Of a stretch of DNA of 64,000 nucleotides, positions 9,439 through 18,722 are shown piece by piece. How positions within the stretch are numbered: the stretch's first letter is position 1; every line of letters begins with the position of its first letter. The DNA is from an uncultured Armatimonadetes bacterium (GTDB lineage: Bacteria > Armatimonadota > Hebobacteria > Hebobacterales > Hebobacteraceae). Position numbers and translations under genes: made by a program. Where the stretch lies: NCBI GenBank assembly GCA_963716175.1, contig OY970296.1:3328001-3392000 (forward strand), read 5' to 3'. The notes beneath the pieces are model-generated. The model did no database searches. It worked only from the letters and a program-made list of their open reading frames with translations, and was not told the origin of the DNA.

Positions 9439-10589
9439 CTCAAGCCTCCCTTCGTCATCGCCGTTGGCTCAGCGCCTGGATCTCCCACCACCCGCTCACT
9501 CCCCAGGCGGCCGATCACTGGCCGGCCCGCCCGCGGCGCCCAGATACGATCGGGGTCAGGGCACATGGCGCGGATCCCTGCCTCCTCGCTGGAGAGGTAG
9601 AGCCAGCTATCCCTGCGCGCCGCCACCAGGGGCCGCAGCTTGACGCGGTCGTTCAAGCCCACCATCTCTCCCTGCCGGGCGAAGATGATGGCGAATGGCC
9701 CGTTCACCAGCGCGCTGGCGTACACCTGACGCAGCGTCCGGTAGAGCCCCTGCCGCGACTCCGGCATGCGCTCGATCTGCTGCCAGAAGGGGGCCGCCAG
9801 CACATCACAGGCCAGCTCCACCGAGAGCTCGTGCCGCCGGATCAGCAGATCGAGCAGGTAGGCGATCACCTCCGTGTCGGTACGCATGGTGCACTGGTAG
9901 CCGAACATCTCCAGGTAGCGCTTGTTGATGCCGTAGGAGGAGATCTCCCCGTTGTGCACCACCGCCCAATCCAGCAGAGTGAAAGGATGCGCGCCTGCCC
10001 ACCAGCCCGGCGTGTTGGTGGGGAAACGGCCGTGCCCGATCCAGATATAGGCCTGGTACTCCTCCAGGCGGAAGAAGTCCGCGATCTCTTCCGCATAGCC
10101 CACGGCCTTGAACGCACCCATGTTCTTTCCGCTGGAGAAGACGTAGGCGTCGGCGATCTCGCTGTTGATGTGCATCACTCGCCGCATCACGAACTCCTCG
10201 ACGGAGAGGCCGGAGTGGCTCAATTCCGCCGGTCGCGGCAGGACGAAGTAGCGCATCAGGATGGGCGGATCAAGGATGTTGGGGTGAGGGCGGGTAGGGA
10301 TGCGCTCGTCGTGGCGGACCTCGAAATCGCGCTCCAGCGCCGCCTCTGTCCGGCCCTGGGCCTCGGGGGAGTAGAACATGAGGTGAAGCGCGAACTGGTC
10401 GGCCCGCTGGGGGTAGATGCCGTAGCCGGCGAATCCGCCGCCCAGCCCGTTGCTGCGGTCGTGCAGCAGTGCGATGGAGGCGCGGATCGCCCTCCCGTCA
10501 ACCCGATCGCCGGTCAGGCTCATCAGCCCGCTCAGGCCGCAGCCCGAGATCATGCGGTTGCCGCGGTCAAACTCGGATCGCTTCATCAC
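9435..10589 (-). CDS. Glutamate synthase amidotransferase subunit (GltB1-type, class II GATase)
   Basis: SG-CGL N-terminal nucleophile, DRSNGLGGG, HGRFPTNT, AHPF, HNGEISSY, TDTEV, DRVKLRP. Confidence 0.9.
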   Translation of the reverse strand: MMKRSEFDRGNRMISGCGLSGLMSLTGDRVDGRAIRASIALLHDRSNGLGGGFAGYGIYPQRADQFALHLMFYSPEAQGRTEAALERDFEVRHDERIPTRPHPNILDPPILMRYFVLPRPAELSHSGLSVEEFVMRRVMHINSEIADAYVFSSGKNMGAFKAVGYAEEIADFFRLEEYQAYIWIGHGRFPTNTPGWWAGAHPFTLLDWAVVHNGEISSYGINKRYLEMFGYQCTMRTDTEVIAYLLDLLIRRHELSVELACDVLAAPFWQQIERMPESRQGLYRTLRQVYASALVNGPFAIIFARQGEMVGLNDRVKLRPLVAARRDSWLYLSSEEAGIRAMCPDPDRIWAPRAGRPVIGRLGSERVVGDPGAEPTAMTKGGLR

Positions 10590-10600
10590 CGCCTAACCCT

Positions 10601-10727
10601 GTAGCGCGGGCATGTGGCTAGGTCGCCGGTGGGCAACCGCTGGCTAGGCCGGCAAAGCCGGCCGCCATCCCGGCCCTATCGGGCCTAGGGACATCCCGGC
10701 CTTCAGGCCTAGGGACCCATGCCCGCC
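10601..10727. repeat. Nested palindromic repeat cluster
   Basis: Outer GTAG-CGCGGGCATG...CATGCCCGC arms enclose a TGGCTAGGCCGGCAAAGCCGGCCGCCAT element and two tandem ATCCCGGCC...GGCCTAGGGAC units. Confidence 0.7.
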
Positions 10728-10731
10728 GACC

Positions 10732-12075
10732 TCATCGGCGTTCATCTGCGGTTGATTCTCCCTCCCCCAGCAGCTCTCGCAGCTCCTCTGCCGGCGCCGG
10801 CGGCACTGGCGGCAGACCCAGCCGGCGCCGCTGCGCCACCGAGCCCTCGGCCATCCGGCCTGTCTCCCTGAAGGCGCGCAGGCCCTCCCGCACTGCCTCC
10901 GGCGCCAGCCCTCGCGCCATCGCCAGGCTCTTGGCCACCCGCAGGATGGTCATCTGGTCATACTTGTTGGGGCACAGCTCGGCGCAGGTGTAGCACTCCA
11001 CGCACTTCCAGAGCTGCGGGGAATGCAGCACCGTCTCCAGCTCGCCGCTCGCCAGGGCGCGCACCACGGCATTGGGGTCGAAGTCCGGGTCGGCCCGCGC
11101 CACCGGGCAGTCGTCCACACAGGCGCCGCACTCGGCGCAGGCGCGCAGCAGGGGATAATCCCAGTGCTCTCGCACTGAGTCAATGCGCTGCCGCCGTTCC
11201 TCCCAGTTCGCCAGGAAGGGAGCCACCGACACCCGGTGCCGGTCCAGGGCCAACTCTTCGGGTCCCAGGCCCAGTGCCAGCCCGAGCAGCTCCGGATAGT
11301 AGAGCACCGGCAGGTTCAGCTCCTCCCCGGCCCGCTGCAGCACATGCTGCACATTGTCGTACTGCAGCATGCAGGAGGGGCAGACCAGGGTGAGGGCGTC
11401 CGCTTCCCGTGCTGCTATCTCCCGCAGCTTGCTCCGGCACATCGCCTGGGCTGTCTCCTCTTGCCCGGCCCGCAGCAGCAGGTTGCCGCAGCAGTCCATC
11501 TTCGAGGGGTAGGGTATGCTCTCCGCCCCCAGGGTCGCGACCAGTTGATCGAACTTGGTGGGCCAGAACGGGTCATCGAACATCAGCTCTTGGCTGGGCC
11601 GCAGCAGGTGACAGCCATAGTGCACCGCGATCTTCATCCCGGTCAGCGGATAGAGGATCCGATCCCGCAAGGCGCCAGCAGCGGCCTCCTGGTCAATCAC
11701 GTCCAGAAGATGAAGCACCTCCACGGTGCCGTGATAGCGGCGGCCGACCCGGCCCAGCGCGTGGTTCACTTCCTCCGCCAGCGCGGGGTCGGATCGGAGC
11801 TCCACATTGGCACCCTTCAGGGTGGAGAAGCAGCCCGTGCAGGGAGTGACGAAGTCCCGGCCGGCTTGCTCGGCTACGCTGAGATTGCGGGCGGCCGTCA
11901 GCAGCCACAGGCGGTGGCTCAAGTTCCGGACCGCGGTCTTCTCGGGGCAGCAGGTCAGATCCGGCAGATCCACCACGTCCACCCCCAGGCGTCCCAGCAC
12001 CGCCCGGGTTGACTTCTCCATGAAGGGCAATCGCCCGGGAATGTAGCAGCCCCAGAAGTATGCGTAGGATGCCAC
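10732..12075 (-). CDS. HdrB-HdrC fusion (two CCG domains plus 2x[4Fe-4S])
   Basis: WGC..TCCP..PCTGC and YGCH..DCCG..VCPSC CCG motifs, then CAECGACVDDCP and CVECYTCAELCP; GGAGG RBS before GTG 12075. Confidence 0.88.
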   Translation of the reverse strand: MASYAYFWGCYIPGRLPFMEKSTRAVLGRLGVDVVDLPDLTCCPEKTAVRNLSHRLWLLTAARNLSVAEQAGRDFVTPCTGCFSTLKGANVELRSDPALAEEVNHALGRVGRRYHGTVEVLHLLDVIDQEAAAGALRDRILYPLTGMKIAVHYGCHLLRPSQELMFDDPFWPTKFDQLVATLGAESIPYPSKMDCCGNLLLRAGQEETAQAMCRSKLREIAAREADALTLVCPSCMLQYDNVQHVLQRAGEELNLPVLYYPELLGLALGLGPEELALDRHRVSVAPFLANWEERRQRIDSVREHWDYPLLRACAECGACVDDCPVARADPDFDPNAVVRALASGELETVLHSPQLWKCVECYTCAELCPNKYDQMTILRVAKSLAMARGLAPEAVREGLRAFRETGRMAEGSVAQRRRLGLPPVPPAPAEELRELLGEGESTADERR

Positions 12076-12468
12076 CACAGCCTCCACACTGCCGCCGAAG
12101 CCAGCATCACGAAGGTCCCGGCCGGCAGTCGGCAAGTTACTGCCGACAGGAGGATTATACCTGTGGGGCGTCTGCTGGTCAAGCCTGAGCCGGCAGCAGC
12201 AGGCTTCCGCTCGCATCCTTGGCTCGCGTCCCGCCCTCCGTCCTGGGCGGGACTGTTCGGGTTACCCTCGCGGGGCTCACAAGTGCGTCTGGACCGACAG
12301 GGGTGGCTTCATGCCGGAAGCGAGGAGGGTAAAATACTGCGAGCCGTTGAACCCGGGTCACCGGCGGTTCGGGGTCGCGGTTGGTGCTGGCTGGACGCCA
12401 CCCGGAGGTGGTGTGGCAGGGCAATCCGCTCCACCTCCAAGTGAGGAATCCAGCCCGAGGTGTAGACC

Positions 12469-13430
12469 ATGGTGTGGCTTGACAAGCTGCTGCGCCTGAG
12501 ATCGGTCGCCTACATCGTAGTGATCGCTTTTGTCGGCTTCGCCATCTGGCAACTGCTCTTCCACGTGATCTTCATGGTGGTGCTGCGGGTCCACAGCATG
12601 CTGGCCCAGCATCTTCATCTCTCTCACGGTGGAGACTGCGGGGGCAGCTACCCTGACCGTGATCGTGGTGAGAGCGGTGCTGCAGGCCAATAGGGAGCTC
12701 ACGGAGCTGCATCGCGAGAAGGACATGCTCACCAGCATCATCGTGCACGACCTCCGCCAGCCTCTGACCGGGCTGATCGGAGGCCTGGCCGGGGCCGCCG
12801 CCGACCCTTCCCTTCCGACCCAGACCCGGGAGATGCTGGCCCTCGCCCGCGAGAGCGGCGGAGAGCTGATCCAGATGGTGAACGACCTGCTCGACATCAG
12901 TCGGCTGGAGGCCGGCCAGCCGCTGACCGAGAAGCGCGCGGTGGCCCCCGATGAGTTCATCCGCCAGGGCGTACGCGACCTGGAGCAGGCGGCCCGGTTG
13001 GGCCGGGTCGAGCTCTCTCTGGCTCTGCCCGAGGACCTGCCGCAGATCGTGGGCGACGCGGGCCGGCTTCGCCGGGTGGTGGCGAACTTGGTGGGCAACG
13101 CGGTCAAGTTCACCCCCGCCGGCGGCCGGGTGGAGGTCGAGCGCGCGCAGCGATCCCTCCCGCCAGAGGCTGCTGGTCAGTGTGGCCGATACCGGGATCG
13201 GAGTTCCTGCCCACCTCCGGCGCCGCATCTTCGACAAGTTCGCGGTATACGAGTCCCGTTCCTCTGGCCGCGGCTCCACGGGCCTGGGCCTGGCCTTCTG
13301 CAAGATGGTGGTCGAGGCTCACGGCGGGACCATCCAGCTCGAAGGGGAAGAGGGCCACGGCAGCACATTCAGCTTCTCACTCCCCCTCTTCGCGGGGTCA
13401 GCCCGGAGGGCGGCCGCGGGAGGACCCTAA
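12469..13430 (+). CDS. Membrane sensor histidine kinase 1; two frameshifts (about 12614 and 13138)
   Basis: Pieces in ORFs 12469..12693, 12629.. and 12951..13430: TM helices, VHDLRQP H-box, NLVGNAVKF, DTGIG, GLGLAFCK. Confidence 0.8.
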
Positions 13431-14359
13431 TGGGCCGTCGCCTGGCACGATTCCGTCTGGGTCCGGTGGTGACCGGGGTGCTGCTGGCCTTCGTGGTGTT
13501 CTCGCTCTGGCAGTTCGTGGATCACTGGCTGCTGGCCGAGCGCTTCAGGCTGCCTCTCCTCGCCGAGTACTCGGTTGACGACCTGGTGGAGACCGCTTGC
13601 GCCAGCGTGGTGATCGCCTTCGTGATCAGAGCACTCGCCGGCCGTAACCGGGAGTTGGCCGAGCTCAGCCGCCAGAAGGACACCCTGACCGATTTTCTGG
13701 TGCACGACCTGCGGCAGCCGATCACCGCCCTGCTCGCCGGGCTCTCCGTCGCTCGCGCCGCGCGGTTGCCGCCGCAGGCCAAGGCCTCGATCCAGATCGC
13801 CGAACAGGGTGGCGCCGAGCTGCTGGGAATGGTGGACGACCTGCTGGATATCACCCGGCTGGAGGCAGGCCAGCCCCTGATCGAGAAGGCGGCCGTCTTC
13901 CCGGCCGAGTTCATCGAGGTCGCAGTGAGAGATGCGGAGCAGCTGGCGCGGCAGAAGGAGATAGACCTGAGGCTGGACCTCGCCCAGAACCTGCCGCGGA
14001 TTGCGGGTGATCGGCAGAGGCTGGGGCGCGTGGTGATGAACCTGTTGAGCAATGCCGTCCAGTACACCCCGGAGAAAGGGCGGGTCCAGGTGCGCGCTCG
14101 CCTCGATCCCGGCAGCGCCCAGGTCCTGGTCAGCGTTTCCGACAACGGGATCGGCATCCCGAGGCAGTTCCAGCAGCGGATCTTCGACAAGTTCGTCGTG
14201 ATCGGGACCCGCCTCTCCGCCGGCCGGGGCTCCACCGGGCTGGGCCTGGCCTTCTGCAAGATGATCGTGGAAGCCCATGGCGGCACCATCTGGCTGGAGA
14301 GCGAGGAAGGTCAGGGCAGCACCTTCACTTTCGCTCTCCCCGTCTCCGGGGGCGCCTGA
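13430..14359 (+). CDS. Membrane sensor histidine kinase 2 (paralog of the upstream gene)
   Basis: ATG overlaps upstream TAA (TAATG); two TM helices, VHDLRQP, NLLSNAVQY, DNGIG, GLGLAFCK. Confidence 0.9.
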   Translation: MGRRLARFRLGPVVTGVLLAFVVFSLWQFVDHWLLAERFRLPLLAEYSVDDLVETACASVVIAFVIRALAGRNRELAELSRQKDTLTDFLVHDLRQPITALLAGLSVARAARLPPQAKASIQIAEQGGAELLGMVDDLLDITRLEAGQPLIEKAAVFPAEFIEVAVRDAEQLARQKEIDLRLDLAQNLPRIAGDRQRLGRVVMNLLSNAVQYTPEKGRVQVRARLDPGSAQVLVSVSDNGIGIPRQFQQRIFDKFVVIGTRLSAGRGSTGLGLAFCKMIVEAHGGTIWLESEEGQGSTFTFALPVSGGA

Positions 14360-14697
14360 CACAGCGGCTGATGCATCGTGTCTGCCTGGTTGTCTGGGCG
14401 AGGTCCTGACCTGTCTGGTGGCCGGCAGGCCAACCGCAGGGGCGGACCTGGGGCCGGCCTGCGGGCGATGGGGGCCTGTCGCGCTTAAGCGCGGGAAGAC
14501 CTGTACCTTTCGGCAGAGCTGTGGTATACTCTCGCGCCGTCCCGCGGTATGCGAGCGGCGGCGAGGCGAGGGCCTTCGCTCCCTTCCACGCCAACCGGCA
14601 CTCAGCCGGCGGGTGATCTGAGGGAGGCTGCGCCCTAGATGTGGTAACACAACCTGCACACATCTGTGACACGGCCGCCTGGCCGGGGCCGTCCGGG

Positions 14698-14709
14698 AAA
14701 AGGAGGTGA
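14698..14709 (+). promoter_or_regulatory. Orphan extended Shine-Dalgarno in leader of barrel gene 1
   Basis: AAAAGGAGGTGA 77 nt upstream of ATG 14787, preceded by hairpin ACGGCC...GGCCGT; no suitably spaced start codon. Confidence 0.5.
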
Positions 14710-14786
14710 GGGGCAGATCTGATTTCAGCTACCAGATGGGCCGCAGATGGTGCTGTGGCAACGAGAGGTGAAAGGAAGAAAGGAAG

Positions 14787-15692
14787 ATGAACAAGAGAGT
14801 GTGGGCACTTCCCGTCCTGGTTGCCCTGTTGCTGGCGGTAGGGACCGGCGTTGGGTTCGCCATCCCGTCGCTGGGTGGACCAACGGGAATCGTCAGCCTG
14901 CCGACGGCAGAGATCGCGCCTCAGAACCAACTGCAGACCGCGCTCAGCTACCAGAAGTTCACGGTGACGAGCGTAGTCGAGAGCACTGGGATGTACGGGC
15001 AGCCAGCGCCAGCAGAAAGCTCCGACGACTTCACATCCTGGTCCCTCCAGGCCTTGGCAGCAGTGACGAAGGAGGCGGAACTTTGGGCAGCCTACTCGTC
15101 CGTCAAGAACTCGGATGATACCAGCGTGTGGGGAATCGGGGGCAAGGTGCAGTTGACGAAGGAGTCCGAGCAGGGCGCTGACGTCGCCATCGGGGCCAGC
15201 TTCCAGAGCGCCACCGAGACTGTGTTGGAGTCCATCGGGATGTATGGTGAGAGCCAGGAGGTCAGCATTGATGTGGACGTGGATGTGTGGAAGGCCTACC
15301 TGGTCGCCACCAAGGACTTCGCACAGATGAAGGGCGAGATGTCGGAAGGGGCTCGACCTCGCATGCTGGGCAGCCTCGGCTTGCTCTACCTCAAGGTCAA
15401 CGCCTCGGCCAGCGCCTACGGGGTAAGTGTAAGTGAGGACGAGAGCCTGACTCGGCCCTTCATCGGGTTCGAGTTTGTGCAGCCTCCTGCGACCAGTCTG
15501 GGCCTCGAGTATCGCTGGAGTGACGACAACCTGGACGCTAAGGCCGTGTTCTCGGCCGTGCTCCGGCAGAAGCTCTCGCCGGAGGTGACAGCCGAGATCG
15601 GGACCACCAACGCCGACCCCCTCGGCCTTGGGCTCGACGATCAGAACATCTTCGTGCGCGTAGGGTATAGCTTCCCACTTAAGGGGTATTAG
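14787..15692 (+). CDS. Outer-membrane beta-barrel protein, YjbH-like N-terminus, paralog 1
   Basis: Signal peptide ending GFA; PSLGGPTGIVSLPTA motif; amphipathic beta strands; C-terminal RVGYSF beta-signal-like motif. Confidence 0.75.
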   Translation: MNKRVWALPVLVALLLAVGTGVGFAIPSLGGPTGIVSLPTAEIAPQNQLQTALSYQKFTVTSVVESTGMYGQPAPAESSDDFTSWSLQALAAVTKEAELWAAYSSVKNSDDTSVWGIGGKVQLTKESEQGADVAIGASFQSATETVLESIGMYGESQEVSIDVDVDVWKAYLVATKDFAQMKGEMSEGARPRMLGSLGLLYLKVNASASAYGVSVSEDESLTRPFIGFEFVQPPATSLGLEYRWSDDNLDAKAVFSAVLRQKLSPEVTAEIGTTNADPLGLGLDDQNIFVRVGYSFPLKGY

Positions 15693-15732
15693 CGGGTAGC
15701 GCTTCCGCAGCCTGCTGAGCACGGAGAATTGC

Positions 15733-15761
15733 GACAAGGAACGCTTCTGGCGTTCCTTGTC
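15733..15761 (+). terminator. 12-bp hairpin after barrel gene 1 (terminator/REP-like)
   Basis: GACAAGGAACGC-TTCTG-GCGTTCCTTGTC perfect inverted repeat; no clear U-tract. Confidence 0.55.
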
Positions 15762-16214
15762 CGCGTGAGCAGGCTCGCGGGCGGCGTGACGTGTGGTGGC
15801 GGCGCCAGGCAGGCCTACCGGGTGTGCCAGAGGGTGACTGCTCAGGAGCCTGTGATGAGCATGCCGCCGAGTGAGGTATACAAGGCTGTGCCAGAAACCC
15901 ATCGGCCCTGCCCCAGCGCCGGATTGCGCCGCAGAGCCTGACACGACGTGGGAGGTGCCGGGGACCGCTCACGGCGCTCGCCAAGCGAGGAAGGGAGGTG
16001 GGGTCCCAAGGCGGTATTCTTGGGCAGTTTCACCTCGCAGCCGGCTGCAGTGCTGTGTCTCGGGATAGCTTGGTATAGGGCGCCGGGGCTGCCATCTGGC
16101 AACACGAGAGGCAGCCGCGCCTCGCGCTTGCGCCGCCTCAGGCGGGGGCGAGGCCGGACCGGAAGGGCATCTGTGTGGCGGCACACTAGCGAGGAGGACT
16201 GAAAGGAAGAGAGG

Positions 16215-17106
16215 ATGATGAACAAGAGACTGTGGGCACTTCCCGTGCTGGCGGCCCTGTTGCTGGCTGCGGGGGGTGGCGTCGGGTTCGCCATGCCATC
16301 GCTGGGCGGGCCAACGGGAATCGTCAGCGTGCCGACGGCGGAGATCGCCCCGCCCAACACGCTGCAGACTGCGCTGAGCTATCAGGCCTTCAAGGTGAAG
16401 GAGATAGAGGCGGCCGGCATGTACGCGCCTGCCACCACCCGCAACGAGGACTTCACGGCGTGGTCGCTGCAAGGCCTGGCGGGCATCACCGATATGGCGG
16501 AACTCTGGGCAGCCTATACGGCCGTCAGGAATGAGAACGACTCCCACGTCTGGGGCATCGGCGGCAAGTTCGCCTTCACCAAAGAGCCTGAGGACACCGC
16601 CGCGCTCGCCATTGGGGCGAGCTATCAGAGAATGGGTGGACGGTCTGGAGATCGCCACCACCAGCATGTATGGCGGTGTCCCGGAGACCATCACTACTGA
16701 CGCCAAGGTGCTCAAGGCCTACCTGGTCGCCACCAAGGACTTCACCCCGATGAAGAGCGAGAAGTGGGAATGGGGTCCAGGTGCAGGCACCCGCATGCTG
16801 GGCACCGTGGGCCTGCTGTACCTGCGGGCGGACCCAGGTGTTGGCGAGGCGGAAACCCTGACCCGTCCCTTCATTGGCTTCGAGTTCCTGGGCGCGGGCG
16901 GCACCAGCATTGGGCTCGAGTATCGCTGGCAGGATGACAATCTGGACGAGAAGGCCGTCTTCTCTGCCGCGGTGCAGCACAGGTTCTCAGACCAAGTCAG
17001 TGTCGAGATCGGCACCACCAATGCGGACTCGCTCGGCATCGGTACGGGCGATCAGGACTTCTTCGCGCGCGTGGGCTACAGCTTCAAGATGAAGGGCGTC
17101 TACTAG
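16215..17106 (+). CDS. Outer-membrane beta-barrel protein, paralog 2; +1 frameshift near 16630
   Basis: ORF 16215..16700 then 16531..17106 together align end to end with paralog 1 (KAYLVATKDF, GLEYRW.DDNLD, EIGTTNAD, RVGYSF). Confidence 0.78.
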
Positions 17107-17150
17107 GCCTCACGCCTGCTCTCGCGGTCCTCGCGGCCGCTGCTGAGATT

Positions 17151-17180
17151 GACAGGGGACGGCTCCAGCCGTCCCCTGTC
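17151..17180 (+). terminator. 13-bp hairpin after barrel gene 2 (terminator/REP-like)
   Basis: GACAGGGGACGGC-TCCA-GCCGTCCCCTGTC perfect inverted repeat, homologous position to 15733..15761. Confidence 0.55.
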
Positions 17181-17375
17181 CGCATTTCCCTCCTGATGCA
17201 TCGGGCCGGGGCCTCTCCGGTGGGCGCTCAGCGGACTGAGGGGCAGCCGCCTTGGTGGGGGGTGCCGCGAGCTGGCGGGAGCCGCGCCGCTCTCTCCACC
17301 CCGGACTTGCGGTGAAGACTGCAGGTGAGGTATAAGGGCACGGCGAACAGGCGGCCTCGGCCAGGTCGCGGCAGG

Positions 17376-17387
17376 AAAAGGAGGTGA
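17376..17387 (+). promoter_or_regulatory. Orphan extended Shine-Dalgarno in leader of barrel gene 3
   Basis: AAAAGGAGGTGA 134 nt upstream of ATG 17522, after hairpin GCGGCCT...AGGTCGC and a GTGAGGTATAA -10-like box. Confidence 0.5.
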
Positions 17388-17521
17388 GTCGCAGGCCCGA
17401 CAGCGAGTGAACGGGACGCAGAGGCAGTTGCCTGCTGACAGGGGCTCCGGCTCCGGTTGTGCTCTCGCCACCGCTGCGGTGGATGGGTCAGAGTCGCCCA
17501 CAGGGAAAGGACAAAAGCAAG

Positions 17522-18418
17522 ATGACCAACAGAAGCTGGTTGCTTGCCGTGCTTGCCGTATGTTTGATCGCGCTTTGCAGTGAAGCTGGATTCGCCATCC
17601 CGTCCCTGGGCGGGCCGACGGGAATCGCCACCCTGCCCAACGCGGCCATCGCGCCCATGAAGGTGGTGGACACCGCCCTCACCTATCAGAAGGCCAGAGT
17701 GAGCAACCTGGTGGCCAGCTCGAGCATGTACGGCGGCCCCACCACGCTGGTGCGAAAGAGCGAGGATCTCAGAGTGTGGTCCTTGCAGGCCCTGACCGGG
17801 GTCACGGATGAGGCGGAACTCTGGGCAGCCTACTCCACGGTCAGGGATGCTACGGACTCGCACGTCTGGGGCATCGGCGGCAAGATGCTCCTACCCCGGC
17901 TCATCAGGCTGCCGGGGACCTCGCTGGCCGTCGGCGCCAGCTACCAAGACTGGGTGGGCGCGGTCGCGGAGGTGGGGGTCACCGGGGGCGGCCCGGCTCT
18001 CCTGGTGGCCGACCAGAAAGTAACGAAGGCCTATCTGGTCGCTACCAGGGACCTGAGCCAGCCCAAGGGCGAAACCCCGCGGTCGGGTCCGCGGCCCGGC
18101 ACTCACCTGCTTGGAAGCGCGGGTCTGCTCTACATGCGGGTGGCGCCAGGTATCGGTGACAGCGATACCGTGATCCGGCCCTTCTTCGGCCTGGAAATCA
18201 AGGGCGAGGACGGAGCCGAGCTTGGTCTCGAGTATCGCTGGAGAGATGACCATGTTGATAGCAAGGCCGTGACCTCTGCCTTCCTGCGCTATCGGTTCAG
18301 CTCTGAGTCCACCATCGAGATCGGCACCAGCAACGCCGGGCCCACGGGTACCGGCCTGGACGACCGCAAGCCGTTCATCCGGGTGGGCTACTCCATCCCC
18401 ATCGCCGCCCTGTACTAA
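17522..18418 (+). CDS. Outer-membrane beta-barrel protein, paralog 3
   Basis: Signal peptide ending GFA, IPSLGGPTGI, ELWAAYS, GLEYRW, RVGYSI. Confidence 0.78.
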   Translation: MTNRSWLLAVLAVCLIALCSEAGFAIPSLGGPTGIATLPNAAIAPMKVVDTALTYQKARVSNLVASSSMYGGPTTLVRKSEDLRVWSLQALTGVTDEAELWAAYSTVRDATDSHVWGIGGKMLLPRLIRLPGTSLAVGASYQDWVGAVAEVGVTGGGPALLVADQKVTKAYLVATRDLSQPKGETPRSGPRPGTHLLGSAGLLYMRVAPGIGDSDTVIRPFFGLEIKGEDGAELGLEYRWRDDHVDSKAVTSAFLRYRFSSESTIEIGTSNAGPTGTGLDDRKPFIRVGYSIPIAALY

Positions 18419-18518
18419 AGAGCTTCGCCGAATGGAGTAACACAGCGAAGCTCAAGAAGCGGCCCAGACAGACACAGGGGGATGTTCGCACATTGCTTCG
18501 TTGTGCGAACATCATTAG
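18415..18518. mobile_element. MITE family B, copy 1 (104 bp, double hairpin)
   Basis: Near-identical to 28963..29066, same length; starts at the TAA stop of barrel gene 3 and ends in TTAG. Confidence 0.75.
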
Positions 18519-18661
18519 AAGACCGCTTGTGTCAGGATGACCAGGTCGGTGATGCCGATGACGAGGGACGGGGAAAGCCGTCCCTCGTTCGCGGTGGGGC
18601 CCATGCTGCCGGGCGCGGGATCTCGCGTTGAGGCAGCAGGACAATGGCGCGCCCATCGTGT

Positions 18662-18690
18662 TTGACACTCGCACCTCAGGGGCCTATAAT
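18662..18690 (+). promoter_or_regulatory. Consensus sigma70 promoter for polyprenyl synthase operon
   Basis: TTGACA-17 bp-TATAAT, 32 nt before ATG 18723. Confidence 0.85.
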
Positions 18691-18722
18691 CGCGGCTGAC
18701 TCGCAGAGCAAGCGAGGGAGGC

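Noticed and set aside
7054-10589. N-methylglutamate synthase (MgsABC)
   Set aside because: Homologous domains, but no gmaS or mgd genes nearby, the FMN subunit has the N-terminal ferredoxin of archaeal-type GltB2, and Re-citrate synthase is adjacent
12629-14359. 576-aa double histidine kinase ORF
   Set aside because: Produced by a frameshift near 13138 that reads through into the second kinase; two separate genes with TAATG coupling explain it
14787-18418. MYG as a GFP-like chromophore, or the paralog array as a DGR/shufflon target
   Set aside because: MYG lies in several predicted loops of signal-peptide membrane barrels, not on a central helix; no reverse transcriptase, template repeat or recombinase is in the window
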